A DNA stretch of 64,000 nucleotides from Candidatus Binatia bacterium (GTDB lineage Bacteria; Desulfobacterota; Binatia; Bin18), in assembly GCA_963664395.2 (NCBI GenBank), contig OY761159.2, positions 3,840,001 through 3,904,000 on the forward strand, written 5' to 3'. Positions 42,162-54,634 of this stretch are shown here, piece after piece. Below the pieces are notes generated by a model. The model did not search any database. It saw only the letters and a program-made list of their open reading frames with translations, and had not been told where the DNA came from. Position numbers and translations under genes: made by a program. Position 1 is the stretch's first letter. Each line of letters starts with the position of its first letter.

Positions 42162-42236
42162 GGGTCAGTAGCTCGAATTGGATAGAGCACCGGACTCCAA
42201 ATCCGGGGGTTGCAGGTTCGAGTCCTGCCTGACCCG
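42162..42236 (+). tRNA. tRNA-Trp(CCA)
   Basis: Anticodon arm CCGGA-CT CCA AA-TCCGG; usual position between rpmG and secE. Confidence 0.95.
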
Positions 42237-42285
42237 TCTCTTTTGAGTAGGTGCGCTTCCTCTGGTGAGAGGAGATAGTTAGGAT

Positions 42286-42480
42286 ATGGGTGTGTTTGAG
42301 ACAGCACGGGCATATTGTCAAGAAGCGTGGGTAGAGACCAAGAAGGTCCATTGGCCGAGCCGCAAAGAGGTTCGCTCTGCGACGCTGGTTGTTCTCCTCC
42401 TTGTTGCAATCGTTGCGCTTTTCTTGTTCTCAGTAGACGCCGTACTGTCGTGGCTGTTTCGCTCGTTCCTTGGAAATTAA
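42286..42480 (+). CDS. secE: Preprotein translocase SecE
   Basis: ETKKVHWPSRKE plus one TM helix; synteny. Confidence 0.92.
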   Translation: MGVFETARAYCQEAWVETKKVHWPSRKEVRSATLVVLLLVAIVALFLFSVDAVLSWLFRSFLGN

Positions 42481-42506
42481 CTAGCGATATAAAGGGGCCT
42501 GAGGTT

Positions 42507-43046
42507 ATGGGCAAGCAATGGTATATCGTCCATACCTATTCTGGGTACGAACGCAAGGCGAAAGCCGCTTTAGAGGAACGTATTCGGACTCTGGGGAAGC
42601 AGGAAGCGTTCGGGGACGTTCTGGTACCAGAGGAGCAAGTTGTTGAGCTGGTAAAAGGAAGAAAGCGCACGTCGGCTCGGAAATTTTTCCCAGGGTACAT
42701 CCTCGTCCAGATGGAGATGAATGATGAGACTTGGCATGTTGTCAGGTCAACGCCGAAAGTGACTGGTTTTGTTGGCGGAGCAAATGACCCTCAGACCATT
42801 CCGTCAGTGTCGGAAGCTGAGGTTTCCGAAATTCATCAGCAAGTTGAAGAAGGAACCTTACGGCCTAAGCCAAAAATTTTATTTGAAACAGGAGAAGGCA
42901 TTAAGGTTGTGGATGGCCCCTTTCGGGATTTTACTGGTGTTGTTGAGGAAGTGAAGCCGGATAAAGGGAAGTTGCGCGTTTTGATCAGTATATTTGGTCG
43001 TGCAACTCCGGTTGAGCTTGATCTTGTCCAGGTTGAAAAAGCATAA
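42507..43046 (+). CDS. nusG: Transcription factor NusG
   Basis: WYIVHTYSGYE, FFPGY, KOW DGPF, IFGRATPVEL. Confidence 0.97.
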   Translation: MGKQWYIVHTYSGYERKAKAALEERIRTLGKQEAFGDVLVPEEQVVELVKGRKRTSARKFFPGYILVQMEMNDETWHVVRSTPKVTGFVGGANDPQTIPSVSEAEVSEIHQQVEEGTLRPKPKILFETGEGIKVVDGPFRDFTGVVEEVKPDKGKLRVLISIFGRATPVELDLVQVEKA

Positions 43047-43062
43047 GTGGCGGTGAGAAACG

Positions 43063-43488
43063 ATGGCAAAGAAAATAGACACAACGATTAAACTTCAGAT
43101 CCCGGCCGGACAGGCGAATCCCAGTCCTCCCGTTGGTCCTGCCCTTGGGCAAAGGGGGGTCAATATCATGGAGTTCTGTAAAGCGTTCAATGCGAAAACT
43201 CAGGACCAACAAGGGTTGCTGACACCGGTTGTCATCACAGTCTACGCAGACCGGTCATTCTCCTTCATTACAAAGACGCCGCCGGCTTCTACGCTCCTGA
43301 AAAAGGCTGCCGGACTGGAAAAAGCCTCCAGTGAACCGGCGCGGCAGATGAAGGGCTCCGTTACTCGAAAACAGCTTGAAGAGATCGCAAAGACGAAGAT
43401 GCCGGATCTGAATGCGCAAGACCTCGAGGGCGCAATACGCATTGTTGCAGGGACGGCGCGCAGTATGGGACTTGAGGTGGTGAATTAA
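43063..43488 (+). CDS. rplK: 50S ribosomal protein L11
   Basis: [20 protein letters not shown]. Confidence 0.97.
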   Translation: MAKKIDTTIKLQIPAGQANPSPPVGPALGQRGVNIMEFCKAFNAKTQDQQGLLTPVVITVYADRSFSFITKTPPASTLLKKAAGLEKASSEPARQMKGSVTRKQLEEIAKTKMPDLNAQDLEGAIRIVAGTARSMGLEVVN

Positions 43489-43489
43489 T

Positions 43490-44188
43490 ATGGCTCGACA
43501 AAGTAAAAGCTATCGTTCTGCAGAGGAGAAGGTTGACCGGACCCATCGTTATCCTTTAGAGGAAGCTCTTGCCCTCGCAAGCGAGACGAAACGCGCCAAG
43601 TTTGATGAGAGTGTCGAACTCGCGGTCCGGCTCGGCGTTGACCCGAGGAAGGCCGATCAGAACATCCGTGGGACGGTTTTGCTTCCTCACGGAACCGGTA
43701 AATCAATATGTGTTGCCGTTTTCGCAAAAGGGGAGAAGGCTCAAGAGGCAAAGGAGGCGGGTGCTGATATTGTCGGCGGTGAAGAACTCGCAAAGCGGAT
43801 TAGCGATGAAGGATGGCTTGAGTTCGATAAGGCTGTTGCCACTCCAGACATGATGGGAGTTGTTGGGCGACTAGGAAAAATTCTCGGACCGCGAGGCATG
43901 ATGCCAAACCCAAAGGTTGGTACTGTGACGGTAGATATTGCCCAGGCGGTTCAAGACCTTAAAGGGGGGAAGGTCGAATATCGAGTTGACAAAGCTGGAA
44001 ATGTTCACGTTCCTATTGGTAAAGCGTCATTTGAAAAGGCGCAGCTCGTTGACAATGCTCAGTCTCTTCTTGAGAGCTTAGTGCGTGCGAAACCTGCCTC
44101 AGCAAAAGGCACATATCTAAAGAGTATTACTGTGAGTACCAGCATGGGACCAGGAGTCCGAGTCGACCCTGCCGGACCCTTCGGCTAA
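43490..44188 (+). CDS. rplA: 50S ribosomal protein L1
   Basis: [18 protein letters not shown]. Confidence 0.97.
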   Translation: MARQSKSYRSAEEKVDRTHRYPLEEALALASETKRAKFDESVELAVRLGVDPRKADQNIRGTVLLPHGTGKSICVAVFAKGEKAQEAKEAGADIVGGEELAKRISDEGWLEFDKAVATPDMMGVVGRLGKILGPRGMMPNPKVGTVTVDIAQAVQDLKGGKVEYRVDKAGNVHVPIGKASFEKAQLVDNAQSLLESLVRAKPASAKGTYLKSITVSTSMGPGVRVDPAGPFG

Positions 44189-44236
44189 GGCGAGGAAAAG
44201 CGACGCCATTCCTCTAGGTGAGACGAAAGATAAACG

Positions 44237-44758
44237 ATGGACCGACAAACAAAGGAAGAAACGGTTACTGATCTGCAGAATCGATTTGCTAGTGCGACTG
44301 CAGCAGTGGTGACTGAATGTAAAGGTTTAACAGTCGAAGATCTCAACAGCCTGCGGCGCGAGCTGCGCGAAGTGTCTGGAGAATATCGCGTTGCAAAGAA
44401 TACTCTCGTAGCGCTCGCTATTGATGGGACTCCGTACCTGTCCTTGAAAGAGCTCCTTTCTGGTCAGAATGGATTTGTCCTTGGATATGGTGATATCGTT
44501 GGGCTCACAAAGGTTGTTTCTCGCTATGCCTCTAAAAACGAGAAGTTTACTATTAAGGGTGGGGTCACAGAAGGGCAATTCCTTGAGACTGCAGGCATAG
44601 AGGAGTTAGCGACACTTCCAAGTCATGAGGCGCTCCAAGCGCAATTGTTAGGGATGCTCTCTCAACCTGCGACCCGTCTTGTTGGGGTGTTGTCTGCCCC
44701 TGGGGGCCAGCTCGCTCGATTACTGAATGAACGCATGTCCCAACTTAATTTAGACTAA
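44237..44758 (+). CDS. rplJ: 50S ribosomal protein L10
   Basis: GLTV..L..LRREL, VAKNTL, LATLPS; synteny. Confidence 0.94.
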   Translation: MDRQTKEETVTDLQNRFASATAAVVTECKGLTVEDLNSLRRELREVSGEYRVAKNTLVALAIDGTPYLSLKELLSGQNGFVLGYGDIVGLTKVVSRYASKNEKFTIKGGVTEGQFLETAGIEELATLPSHEALQAQLLGMLSQPATRLVGVLSAPGGQLARLLNERMSQLNLD

Positions 44759-44788
44759 GTGGAAGTTACTTTCCTGAAGGAGGAATGT

Positions 44789-45181
44789 ATGGCTCTGACA
44801 GAAGAGAGGATAGATGAACTCATTACCACGCTTTCTGATCTCACGATTCTTGAAGCTTCCGATTTAGTAAAGAAGCTCGAAGAGAAATGGGGAGTCAGCG
44901 CGTCTGCCCCTGTTGTTGTTGTTGGGGGAGGACCTGGGGGTGATGCTGAACCTGCTGCGGCAGAGGAGAAGACCGACTTTGACGTTATCCTGACCGGTCC
45001 GGGCGAGAAAAAGATTCAGGTCATCAAGGTTGTCCGTGAATTGACAGGGCTCGGGCTCAAAGAAGCCAAGGGACTGGTGGACGGTGCGCCAAAGGCAGTG
45101 AAAGAGGGGGCGTCCAAGGAGGAAGCCGAAGAAATCAAAAACAAGCTGGAAGCGGCCGGGGGCTCAGTCGAGTTGCAGTAG
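44789..45181 (+). CDS. rplL: 50S ribosomal protein L7/L12
   Basis: [28 protein letters not shown]. Confidence 0.97.
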   Translation: MALTEERIDELITTLSDLTILEASDLVKKLEEKWGVSASAPVVVVGGGPGGDAEPAAAEEKTDFDVILTGPGEKKIQVIKVVRELTGLGLKEAKGLVDGAPKAVKEGASKEEAEEIKNKLEAAGGSVELQ

Positions 45182-45212
45182 AAACGGAGCGTTAGGGAGA
45201 GGGAGAGCATTT

Positions 45213-48200
45213 ATGGCTGATATGGCTGGAAATCTAGCGCATAACTTCCGTATTCGACGGTCCTTTGGTCATATCGAAAAAATCATCGAATTCCCACATC
45301 TGCTGGAAATTCAACGTCATTCATATGACGAATTTCTCCAGCGGCTGCTCACCGCTGACCGGAGGACCGATGCCGGACTCCAAGGGGTTTTTCGGTCTGT
45401 TTTTCCGATTAAGGACTTCAACGAGACGGCGTCACTTGAGTTTGTGAATTATACACTTGGAGAGCCAAAATACTCAGTCGAAGAGTGTCACCAAAGAGGG
45501 ATGACGTATGCTGCCCCTCTCAAAGTCACAATTCAGCTTGTTTTATGGGATGTTGATTCGAGTAGCGGCGCTCGAACGATCAAAAACGTAAAAGAGCAGG
45601 AAGTCTACTTTGGCGAGGTCCCTTTAATGACCACTCATGGCACATTCATGATCAACGGGACTGAGCGTGTTATTGTGAGTCAGCTCCACCGGTCCCCTGG
45701 GGTCTTTTTTGATCATGATAAGGGAAAAACGCACGCGAGTGGGAAATTACTCTACTCTGCGCGCGTCATTCCATACCGTGGGTCTTGGATCGATTTTGAG
45801 TTTGACCCAAAAGACATTCTGTATGTCCGGATTGACCGCCGCCGCAAGTTTCACGCAACCGTACTCTTACGGGCGTTGGGTATGTCAACCGAGGATTTGC
45901 TGAATTATTTCTACCGAAGGGATACTATCTTTCTCAGTAGAAAGGGTGGACAAACGCCAGCAAAGGCTTTTCTGCCCGACCATCTCCTCGGTATGCGGGC
46001 AACGCAGGACGTTCGCAACCCTGAAACAGGTGACTTGTTAGTGAAGGAAGGACGGAAGTTCACCCGCGGGGCGCTGAGACAGTTAGAGGCGGCTGGTCTT
46101 GAGCGTATACCCATCACCGCAGAGGAAATTATTGGTCGTGTGGCTGCACGCGATATTATCGATCCCTCGACACAAGAAGTACTCGTACAATGTAATGAGG
46201 AGATTTCGCAGGAACAAGTTGATCTTCTCATTGAGCGTGGCGTGCACCAGTTTGAAGTCTTGTTCATTGACGATGCGCATACAGGCTCTTCGCTTCGCAA
46301 TACACTCCTCCAAGACAAGGTCACTTCTTCAGCCGAAGCGATGATTGAGGTCTATCGACGTCTGCGCCCTGGCGATCCACCGACCAGCGAGGCTTCCACG
46401 TCGTTTTTTCACAACCTGTTCTTCAATCCCGAGCGGTATAATCTCTCCCGAGTGGGGCGTCTGAAGCTCAACCATAAGCTTGGGATAACGGCTCCTCTGG
46501 ACCAGGGTACCTTGCGCGGTGAAGATATCTTAGAGACCGTTCGCTACGTAGTCGAACTCAAAAATGGCAATGGCGTCGTTGATGATATTGACCACTTAGG
46601 AAATCGTCGTGTCCGTGCGGTCGGCGAGCTCGTCGAAAACCAGTTTCGTATTGGCTTAGTACGGATGGAGCGGGCGGTGAAAGAGCGGATGAGTCTCCAG
46701 GATGTTGAGACGTTAATGCCGCAAGAATTGGTCAATTATAAGCCGGTTTCAGCAGCTCTCAAGGAATTTTTCGGGTCGAGCCAGCTCTCCCAGTTCATGG
46801 ACCAAACGAATCCGTTGTCGGAGGTAACGCACAAGCGGCGGCTTTCCGCGCTAGGGCCTGGCGGGCTGACGCGGGAACGTGCTGGCTTTGAGGTGCGTGA
46901 CGTTCACCCTACTCACTATGGCCGCGTCTGTCCTATCGAAACACCGGAAGGGCCAAATATTGGGCTGATTTCAAGTCTTTCAACATATGCTCGTGTCAAT
47001 GAGTTTGGGTTCATTGAGACGCCCTATCGGACAGTGGAAAGTGGACGAGTCACTGAGAAGGTCCACTATTTATCTGCCTTAGAGGAAGAGAGTCAGACAA
47101 TCGCGCAGGCGAACGCGCCGGTCGATGCAACAGGCAATTTTGTCAACCCATTGGTCTCTGCCCGACTTGGTGGGGAGTTTGTGATGGTGCAACCTGACCA
47201 AGTCCAGCTCATGGATATATCTCCCACTCAGCTGGTCAGTGTTGCCGCCGCCCTGATCCCTTTCCTGGAACATGATGATGCCAACCGGGCACTGATGGGG
47301 TCTAATATGCAGCGGCAGGCTGTACCCTTGCTGCGGACGGAAGCCCCGCTTGTTGGAACTGGAATGGAGCAGATTGTGGCCCGAGATTCCGGGGCTACCC
47401 TTATCGCTCAGCGTGACGGAATTGTTGAGAGTGTGGATTCCACTCGGGTGGTGATTAAAGCCGAATCGCATACCACACCGGGAGACGTTGGTGTTGACAT
47501 GTATAGTCTCACGAAATACCAACGCTCTAACCAAAATACGTGTATTAACCAACGGCCTATTGTTCAGATTGGTGATCGGGTAGAGGAGGGCGATGTCATT
47601 GCTGATGGCCCAGCTACAGAAATGGGAGAACTCGCGCTAGGGAGAAACGTCCTGGTCGCGTTTATGATCTGGGGGGGCTATAACTTCGAGGATTCTATCC
47701 TGGTGAGTGAGCGACTGATTCGCGACGATGTTTTTACATCGGTCCATATTGAAGAGTTTGAATGTGTCGCTCGGGACACAAAACTCGGCCCAGAGGAAAT
47801 CACCCAAGACATTCCGAATGTTGGAGAAGAAGCACTCAAGGATCTTGACGAGAGTGGCATTGTCAGAATCGGCGCCGAAGTGAGGCCGGGCGATATTCTC
47901 GTTGGCAAAATAACGCCCAAGGGAGAGACTCAACTTTCTCCAGAAGAGAAACTGCTCCGAGCAATTTTTGGTGAAAAAGCCGGAGAGGTTCGTGATACCT
48001 CGCTCCGTGTTCCCCCTGGGGTCGAAGGCGCGGTGATTGATGTCCGCGTGTTCTCACGTAAAGGCGTCACCAAGGACGAGCGTAGCCAGTATCTCGAAGA
48101 GGCCGAGATTCAGCGGCTCCAACAAGATCGGGATGAAGAGATCCGCATTATCCAAGACAGTACGCGCGGAAAGATCAAGCAATTGTTGGTCGGAAAGACG

Positions 48201-49343
48201 GCAACGATGCGGGTCAGTGACGATGATTCTCGACGCGTAGTCATAGCGAAAGGGCAGGAGATTACAGAAGAGCTGCTGGACACACTGTCAGCTCAGTTGT
48301 GGAGCAGGGTCCGAGTGGAAGACGAGGCGGTAGAGGAGGAGATACGAAAGACGACGGATTCTCTCGCCGACCGTGTCGGCTCTATCCGCGGAGAATGCGA
48401 AAGAAAAATCGAGAGACTCAAGAGTGGAGACGAGTTGCCCCCTGGGATTATCAAGATGGTGAAGGTCTTTGTCGCCATAAAACGCCGCCTCCAAGTTGGT
48501 GACAAGATGGCTGGGCGACACGGGAACAAGGGGGTCCTGTCTCGGATTCTACCAGAAGAGGACATGCCGTATCTTGAGGATGGCACTCCGGTCGATGTTG
48601 TCCTCAACCCTCTGGGGGTGCCCTCTCGTATGAATGTTGGGCAAATTCTGGAAACCCATCTGGGTTGGGCGATGCAGTCCCTTGGCCGGCAGATCGGGAA
48701 CGATGCAGAGGAAGATGGAAAAGCTGCTGCCGACAGTCTCCGTGCGCGGCTCAAGGACCTCGCTCGTTCAACCGATGTTTCTCGACTTATTGATGGACTC
48801 TCGGGGGCCGAGGTCAAAGAGCTGGCCGGTCGATCGAAGCACGGCTCTCACGTTGCGACTCCGGTCTTTGATGGTGCCCCGGAGGCGGAGATTTTCTCTT
48901 TGCTTGCGCAGGCAGGCCTTCCCGATACCGGGCAGACGACGCTCTACGATGGGCGAACAGGAGAACCTTTCAGCCAGCCAGTGACCGTCGGTGTAATGTA
49001 TATCTTAAAACTGCACCACCTTGTTGAAGATAAGATTCACGCACGATCAACTGGACCCTACTCCCTTGTGACGCAACAGCCTCTTGGTGGAAAAGCGCAA
49101 TTTGGGGGACAACGGCTTGGAGAAATGGAAGTGTGGGCACTTGAAGCCTATGGTGCCGCGTACAGCTTGCAAGAGATGCTCACGGTAAAATCGGACGATG
49201 TTGCCGGTCGAACTCGTATGTATGAAGCGATTGTAAAGGGAGAAAATATCCTGGAACCTGGATTGCCTGAGTCGTTCAATGTGATGATCCGCGAGCTCCA
49301 GAGTCTGGCGCTCAATGTCGAACTGATTGAAGAAACTGAATAA
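45213..49343 (+). CDS. rpoB: RNA polymerase beta subunit
   Basis: [34 protein letters not shown]. Confidence 0.99.
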   Translation: MADMAGNLAHNFRIRRSFGHIEKIIEFPHLLEIQRHSYDEFLQRLLTADRRTDAGLQGVFRSVFPIKDFNETASLEFVNYTLGEPKYSVEECHQRGMTYAAPLKVTIQLVLWDVDSSSGARTIKNVKEQEVYFGEVPLMTTHGTFMINGTERVIVSQLHRSPGVFFDHDKGKTHASGKLLYSARVIPYRGSWIDFEFDPKDILYVRIDRRRKFHATVLLRALGMSTEDLLNYFYRRDTIFLSRKGGQTPAKAFLPDHLLGMRATQDVRNPETGDLLVKEGRKFTRGALRQLEAAGLERIPITAEEIIGRVAARDIIDPSTQEVLVQCNEEISQEQVDLLIERGVHQFEVLFIDDAHTGSSLRNTLLQDKVTSSAEAMIEVYRRLRPGDPPTSEASTSFFHNLFFNPERYNLSRVGRLKLNHKLGITAPLDQGTLRGEDILETVRYVVELKNGNGVVDDIDHLGNRRVRAVGELVENQFRIGLVRMERAVKERMSLQDVETLMPQELVNYKPVSAALKEFFGSSQLSQFMDQTNPLSEVTHKRRLSALGPGGLTRERAGFEVRDVHPTHYGRVCPIETPEGPNIGLISSLSTYARVNEFGFIETPYRTVESGRVTEKVHYLSALEEESQTIAQANAPVDATGNFVNPLVSARLGGEFVMVQPDQVQLMDISPTQLVSVAAALIPFLEHDDANRALMGSNMQRQAVPLLRTEAPLVGTGMEQIVARDSGATLIAQRDGIVESVDSTRVVIKAESHTTPGDVGVDMYSLTKYQRSNQNTCINQRPIVQIGDRVEEGDVIADGPATEMGELALGRNVLVAFMIWGGYNFEDSILVSERLIRDDVFTSVHIEEFECVARDTKLGPEEITQDIPNVGEEALKDLDESGIVRIGAEVRPGDILVGKITPKGETQLSPEEKLLRAIFGEKAGEVRDTSLRVPPGVEGAVIDVRVFSRKGVTKDERSQYLEEAEIQRLQQDRDEEIRIIQDSTRGKIKQLLVGKTATMRVSDDDSRRVVIAKGQEITEELLDTLSAQLWSRVRVEDEAVEEEIRKTTDSLADRVGSIRGECERKIERLKSGDELPPGIIKMVKVFVAIKRRLQVGDKMAGRHGNKGVLSRILPEEDMPYLEDGTPVDVVLNPLGVPSRMNVGQILETHLGWAMQSLGRQIGNDAEEDGKAAADSLRARLKDLARSTDVSRLIDGLSGAEVKELAGRSKHGSHVATPVFDGAPEAEIFSLLAQAGLPDTGQTTLYDGRTGEPFSQPVTVGVMYILKLHHLVEDKIHARSTGPYSLVTQQPLGGKAQFGGQRLGEMEVWALEAYGAAYSLQEMLTVKSDDVAGRTRMYEAIVKGENILEPGLPESFNVMIRELQSLALNVELIEETE

Positions 49344-49360
49344 GGTGAGGTGAGGACAAA

Positions 49361-52300
49361 ATGGAAGATTTTCTGGGTCTTTTTGAAAAACCCCAAAATC
49401 CGCTCCGTTTTAATGCGATCCAGGTCTCGTTGGCATCTGCTGATATGGTCCGCTCTTGGTCCCATGGTGAGGTCAAGAAGCCTGAAACCATAAATTACCG
49501 AACTTTTAAGCCTGAGCGCGACGGGCTTTTTTGTGCGAAAATATTCGGGCCAACCAAAGACTATGAATGCAATTGTGGCAAATACAAACGTATGCGCCAT
49601 AGAGGCGTCGTCTGCGAGAAGTGCGGGGTTGAGGTCATTCAGTCGAAAGTCCGTCGTGAACGAATGGGCCATATTGACCTTGCCAGTCCAGTGGCACACA
49701 TTTGGTTTTTGAAGAGCCTCCCCAGCCGGATTGGGACACTCATGGATATGCCGCTCAAAGAGCTTGAGCGTGTTCTATACTTCGAGTCCTATATCGTTCT
49801 CGATCCGGGTGAAACCCCGCTCAAGAAAAAAGAACTATTGAGTGAGGTCCGTTATCGGCAAGCGGTTGAGGAGTTTGGTCCGGGTAGCTTCCGAGCAGGA
49901 ATGGGTGCAGAAGCGGCCCGTGAGTTATTGCAAGACTTTGATCTGGAGCAGCTGGCGCGGGAGCTCCAGGTTGAAATGGTTGACACATCGAGCGAAGCCC
50001 GGCGGAAGAAAGCTGCGAAACGCTTGAAGGTCGTCAATGCCTTTCGTCACTCCAGCAACCATCCGGAAGAGATGATTCTGGAAGTCATTCCTGTCATTCC
50101 GCCCGACCTACGTCCCCTCGTCCCGCTCGATGGGGGACGCTTTGCGACTTCTGATCTGAATGACCTGTATCGTCGGGTTATTAATCGGAATAACCGTCTC
50201 AAACGACTCATAGAGCTGAGCGCTCCGGATATTATTATCCGCAATGAGAAGCGCATGCTTCAGGAAGCAGTTGATGCCCTCTTTGATAACGGTCGCCGTG
50301 GCCGACCACTCACCGGTCCCAATAAACGTCCACTCAAATCCTTGTCTGACATGTTGAAAGGAAAAGGGGGGCGTTTTCGTCAAAATCTTCTTGGGAAGCG
50401 AGTAGATTATTCAGGTCGTTCAGTCATTGTTGTTGGGCCGGAATTGCGTCTCCATCAATGTGGTTTGCCGAAATATATGGCTTTGGAATTGTTCAAACCC
50501 TTCATTTACAACAAGCTTGAGGAGCGCGGTTACACAACGACGATCAAGAGTGCCAAAAAGATGGTCGAAAGTGAACGGCCAGAAGTCTGGGATATCCTAG
50601 ATGAAGTGATTCGCGAGCACCCAGTCCTCCTGAACCGAGCTCCGACACTGCACCGGCTCGGCATCCAAGCCTTTGAACCAATCCTTATTGACGGAAAGGC
50701 AATTCAACTGCACCCCCTCGTCTGCATGGCCTATAACGCCGACTTTGACGGCGACCAAATGGCCGTGCATATCCCGCTGTCAGTTGAGGCACAGGTTGAA
50801 GCGCGCAGCTTGATGATGTCGACCAATAATATTCTTTCTCCTGCGAATGGCCGGGCGGTGATTGCCCCAACTCAGGATATGGTTCTGGGGTTGTATTCCA
50901 TGACGCGGCACCGCGCCGGAGCCTTAGGGGAAGGGAAAACGTTTGGTCATCCAGAAGAAGTTCGTATAGCCTACGATCAAGGCGCGGTCGATTTGCAGGC
51001 AAAGGTCATTGTGCGCCTGGATGGTGAACGGGTCGAAACGACAGTTGGCCGTATCTTGCTGGCTGAAATTGCACCGCCTGAGATTCCCTTTTCAGATATG
51101 AACCGGGTGATGAAGAAAAAAGAGCTCGGTGCCTTGATTGATGCGGCCTTTTTGAAAGCGGGAAACAAGGCCACCGTGATTTTCGCGGACCGTTTGAAAG
51201 ATCTTGGATTCGAGTATGCCACTCGGGCTGGAATATCAATTGGAATCAAGGACATGGTGATTCCGAAAGAAAAAGGCCCTCTCTTGGACAAAGCCCAAAA
51301 GGCCCTGCAGGAGATTCAAGACCAATATACAAAAGGTCTGATTACGGATGGTGAGCGTCATAATAAGGTTATTGATACCTGGGCATCAGTCACCGATGAC
51401 GCGGCCAATGAGATGTTCAGAGGACTCCAAGAGGACAGAGCCGGGTTTAGCCCTATCTATATGATGGCGGACTCTGGATCGCGTGGGAGTGCTCAGCAAA
51501 TTCGCCAGCTGGCGGGTATGCGCGGATTAATGGCAAAGCCATCGGGGGAAATCATCGAAACGCCGATCACTGCCAACTTCCGTGAAGGACTCTCCGTGCT
51601 TCAGTACTTCATCTCAACACACGGGGCGCGGAAAGGTTTAGCTGATACCGCACTCAAGACGGCTAATTCTGGCTATCTGACCCGACGGCTTGTTGATGTG
51701 GCTCAGGACTCAATCGTGAGCGAAGAAGACTGTGGCACGATTGATGGCATCGAGATGACCCCTTTGGTTGAGGGTGGGGAAATAATAGAAGGCCTTGGCG
51801 AGCGTGTCCTGGGACGTGTTGCCCTCGACGATATTCGTGATCCTTTTACCCAAGAAGTTATTGTTCGCGCAAACGAAGAAATTGACGAAGACCGTGTCAC
51901 GCGCATCGAAGAAGCCGGGATTGAGCGTGTATGGATACGGTCTGCTCTGACCTGTACGACCAGGCGAGGCATATGTGGGCGGTGCTATGGTCGGGATCTT
52001 GCCCGTGGACGGATAGTGCACTTGGGAGAGGCCGTTGGCATTATTGCTGCGCAGTCAATTGGTGAGCCAGGCACCCAACTGACAATGCGGACGTTCCACA
52101 TCGGTGGGACGGCGAGTCGACGAGCCGAGCAAACGACCCTGACGGTTCGCAACGAAGGGGTCCTTCACTATAACAACCTTAAGACCGTGGTTGACCGGGA
52201 TGGTGATTTGGTCGTGATGAACCGGAACGGGGAGGTTGCTGTTGCTGAGATCCTAGAGCCGGGACGGGAGCGTGAAAGAGAACGCTATCCCATCGTCTAT

Positions 52301-53458
52301 GGTGCAAAGCTGAAAAGGAAAGATGGCGCAAAGGTGAAAACCAATGACTTAATCGCGGAATGGGATCCCTATACGTTCCCGATTCTGACCGAGGTCAGCG
52401 GTGAGGTAAAATTCGGTGATATCGACGACAGGACCATGCAGGAAAAAGTGGATGAGCGGACGGGTTTATCCACGCGCGTCATTATTGAATTCCGAGACCC
52501 GAATATGCGTCCACGGGTGTCAATCAAAGATGAGAGTGGCAAGACGGCCAAGCTGTCGAACGGGTTGGATGCCCGCTATCTCCTCCCTGTTGGTGCCAAT
52601 ATTAATGTGCGCGCGGGTCAACGCGTCGAAGCAGGGGATGTGCTCGCAAAGATCCCACGAGAAACCACAAAAACAAAGGATATCACTGGTGGATTGCCTC
52701 GGGTTGCCGAGCTCTTTGAGGCACGCAAGCCGAAAGGGTTCGCCGTTATCAGTGAGATTGAAGGGGCCGTCTCTTTTGGTAAGGATACAAAAGGGAAAAG
52801 GAAGGTATTGATTACTCCTGAGGTTGGCGAAGCGCGGGAGTATCTCATTCCTCGGGGAAAACACATCAGCGTGCGAGAAGGCGATTATGTTCGGCCAGGA
52901 GAGCCGCTGATGGCCGGCTCCTCAAATCCCCATGATATCCTTGGCGTTCTCGGAGAACGCGAGCTCGCAAAGTCTCTCGTGGACGCGATCCAAGAAATAT
53001 ATCGTCTCCAGGGGGTGCGCATCCATGATAAGCATATCGAAGTGATTGTGAGACAAATGATGCGGCGCGTTCTCGTGACCGAAGTCGGAGATTCTCATTT
53101 CTTAATTGGCGAGCAAGTAGAGAAGTGGCGTTTCCAAGAAGAGACTGAACGTGTGCTGTCTGATGGAGGGACTCCACCAGAAGCGAAATCGCTCTTGATG
53201 GGAATTACAAAGGCGAGTCTCTCAACGGATAGTTTTATCTCAGCCGCTTCGTTCCAAGAAACGACAAAGGTGCTGACGGAAGCGGCCATTAACGGCAAAG
53301 TAGATCACCTGCTGGGACTTAAAGAAAATGTCATTATGGGCCGGCTCATTCCTGCTGGGACAGGAACTCCGAGTTACACGCAGCTGACTGCCGGGAGCCC
53401 AGAGGCTGTGCCTGAGGAAGAAGAGCCTTTGCCAATTTCCCAAGTGCTCGAAGCATAG
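49361..53458 (+). CDS. rpoC: RNA polymerase beta' subunit
   Basis: [12 protein letters not shown], zinc finger, [11 protein letters not shown]. Confidence 0.99.
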   Translation: MEDFLGLFEKPQNPLRFNAIQVSLASADMVRSWSHGEVKKPETINYRTFKPERDGLFCAKIFGPTKDYECNCGKYKRMRHRGVVCEKCGVEVIQSKVRRERMGHIDLASPVAHIWFLKSLPSRIGTLMDMPLKELERVLYFESYIVLDPGETPLKKKELLSEVRYRQAVEEFGPGSFRAGMGAEAARELLQDFDLEQLARELQVEMVDTSSEARRKKAAKRLKVVNAFRHSSNHPEEMILEVIPVIPPDLRPLVPLDGGRFATSDLNDLYRRVINRNNRLKRLIELSAPDIIIRNEKRMLQEAVDALFDNGRRGRPLTGPNKRPLKSLSDMLKGKGGRFRQNLLGKRVDYSGRSVIVVGPELRLHQCGLPKYMALELFKPFIYNKLEERGYTTTIKSAKKMVESERPEVWDILDEVIREHPVLLNRAPTLHRLGIQAFEPILIDGKAIQLHPLVCMAYNADFDGDQMAVHIPLSVEAQVEARSLMMSTNNILSPANGRAVIAPTQDMVLGLYSMTRHRAGALGEGKTFGHPEEVRIAYDQGAVDLQAKVIVRLDGERVETTVGRILLAEIAPPEIPFSDMNRVMKKKELGALIDAAFLKAGNKATVIFADRLKDLGFEYATRAGISIGIKDMVIPKEKGPLLDKAQKALQEIQDQYTKGLITDGERHNKVIDTWASVTDDAANEMFRGLQEDRAGFSPIYMMADSGSRGSAQQIRQLAGMRGLMAKPSGEIIETPITANFREGLSVLQYFISTHGARKGLADTALKTANSGYLTRRLVDVAQDSIVSEEDCGTIDGIEMTPLVEGGEIIEGLGERVLGRVALDDIRDPFTQEVIVRANEEIDEDRVTRIEEAGIERVWIRSALTCTTRRGICGRCYGRDLARGRIVHLGEAVGIIAAQSIGEPGTQLTMRTFHIGGTASRRAEQTTLTVRNEGVLHYNNLKTVVDRDGDLVVMNRNGEVAVAEILEPGRERERERYPIVYGAKLKRKDGAKVKTNDLIAEWDPYTFPILTEVSGEVKFGDIDDRTMQEKVDERTGLSTRVIIEFRDPNMRPRVSIKDESGKTAKLSNGLDARYLLPVGANINVRAGQRVEAGDVLAKIPRETTKTKDITGGLPRVAELFEARKPKGFAVISEIEGAVSFGKDTKGKRKVLITPEVGEAREYLIPRGKHISVREGDYVRPGEPLMAGSSNPHDILGVLGERELAKSLVDAIQEIYRLQGVRIHDKHIEVIVRQMMRRVLVTEVGDSHFLIGEQVEKWRFQEETERVLSDGGTPPEAKSLLMGITKASLSTDSFISAASFQETTKVLTEAAINGKVDHLLGLKENVIMGRLIPAGTGTPSYTQLTAGSPEAVPEEEEPLPISQVLEA

Positions 53459-53491
53459 GGAACGGAAGGCCGAGTGTCGTAAGGAGGATGA

Positions 53492-53863
53492 ATGCCTACA
53501 GTTCAGCAACTGGTACGAAAAGGAAGAGAACAACAACGCAGAAAAGTGACCGCTCCGGCTTTGCAAGCCTGCCCCCAACGGCGAGGAGTGTGTACTCGAG
53601 TTTATACGACGACTCCGAAAAAGCCGAATTCAGCCTTGAGAAAGGTCGCCCGTGTTCGACTGACCAACGGTATTGAGGTGACAGCTTATATCCCAGGAAT
53701 AGGGCATAATCTGCAGGAACATTCGGTTGTGCTCATCCGTGGCGGTCGAGTCAAGGACTTACCTGGCGTCCGGTATCATATTATACGTGGCACTCTTGAC
53801 TCTATCGGTGTTCAGGAGCGAAGGCAGGGACGGTCAAAATACGGCGCAAAGAAGCCAAAGTAA
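53492..53863 (+). CDS. rpsL: 30S ribosomal protein S12
   Basis: [19 protein letters not shown]. Confidence 0.98.
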   Translation: MPTVQQLVRKGREQQRRKVTAPALQACPQRRGVCTRVYTTTPKKPNSALRKVARVRLTNGIEVTAYIPGIGHNLQEHSVVLIRGGRVKDLPGVRYHIIRGTLDSIGVQERRQGRSKYGAKKPK

Positions 53864-53878
53864 GCGAGAGGGAGCAGC

Positions 53879-54349
53879 ATGCCACGTAAAGGACCTGCCG
53901 CACGACGCGAGATCACACCAGATCCGAAGTACCACGACGTGAGTGTCTCAAAATTCGTCAATATGATGATGCTCGATGGAGAAAAGGGAAAGGTCGAGAA
54001 GATCATATACGGAGCAATGGACCTGATCCAGCAAAGAACCGGGGAGGGGGCGCTTGAGGTTTTTAAGCGCGCATTGGAAAATATAAAACCCCTTGTTGAG
54101 GTTCGGTCACGCCGAGTTGGTGGCGCGACGTACCAGGTGCCGATTGAAGTACGCCAAGTTCGGCGGAATTCTCTGGCTATGCGCTGGCTTGTCCAATCTT
54201 CCAGGCAGCGGTCGGAAAAGAGTATGGAAGAGAGGCTGGCTGGTGAACTCTTTGAAGCGTCTCAGAATCGAGGCGGTGCTGTGAAGAAACGTGAAGATAC
54301 GCATCGCATGGCGGAGGCGAATAAAGCATTTGCCCATTATCGCTGGTAA
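53879..54349 (+). CDS. rpsG: 30S ribosomal protein S7
   Basis: [24 protein letters not shown]. Confidence 0.98.
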   Translation: MPRKGPAARREITPDPKYHDVSVSKFVNMMMLDGEKGKVEKIIYGAMDLIQQRTGEGALEVFKRALENIKPLVEVRSRRVGGATYQVPIEVRQVRRNSLAMRWLVQSSRQRSEKSMEERLAGELFEASQNRGGAVKKREDTHRMAEANKAFAHYRW

Positions 54350-54399
54350 TAAAGATATGTATGTACTCAGCTGCTTTTTTTATATTTTGATCAAATATG

Positions 54400-54590
54400 A
54401 ACGCCACTGGTGACCATGAGGAAAGAGCAGAAGGGGAACGGTCCTGGACATCTATTGATGCAGGCGGTTGACTCTTCTGAAATAGCATTTAGAATTGCGA
54501 ACTCCAGAATAAAGCGGTATGCCAGATAGTTGGCTTCTGCTTCGAGGACGAGCCCCAACGATGAAGTGGTCGTACGGCCCCTCTCTATTC
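54400..54590 (+). pseudogene. fusA: Decayed remnant of elongation factor G (boundaries approximate)
   Basis: 54467-54499 translates VDSSEIAFRIA, matching the EF-G domain IV motif VDSSEMAFKIA, at the usual fusA position between rpsG and tuf. Confidence 0.7.
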
Positions 54591-54634
54591 ATACGTAGAC
54601 ATTTTTATCGCGAGGCGAGGGAAGGGAGAGAGCG

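Noticed and set aside
44189-44236. L10 leader RNA before rplJ
   Set aside because: The gap is only 48 bp and I could not identify the conserved structure.
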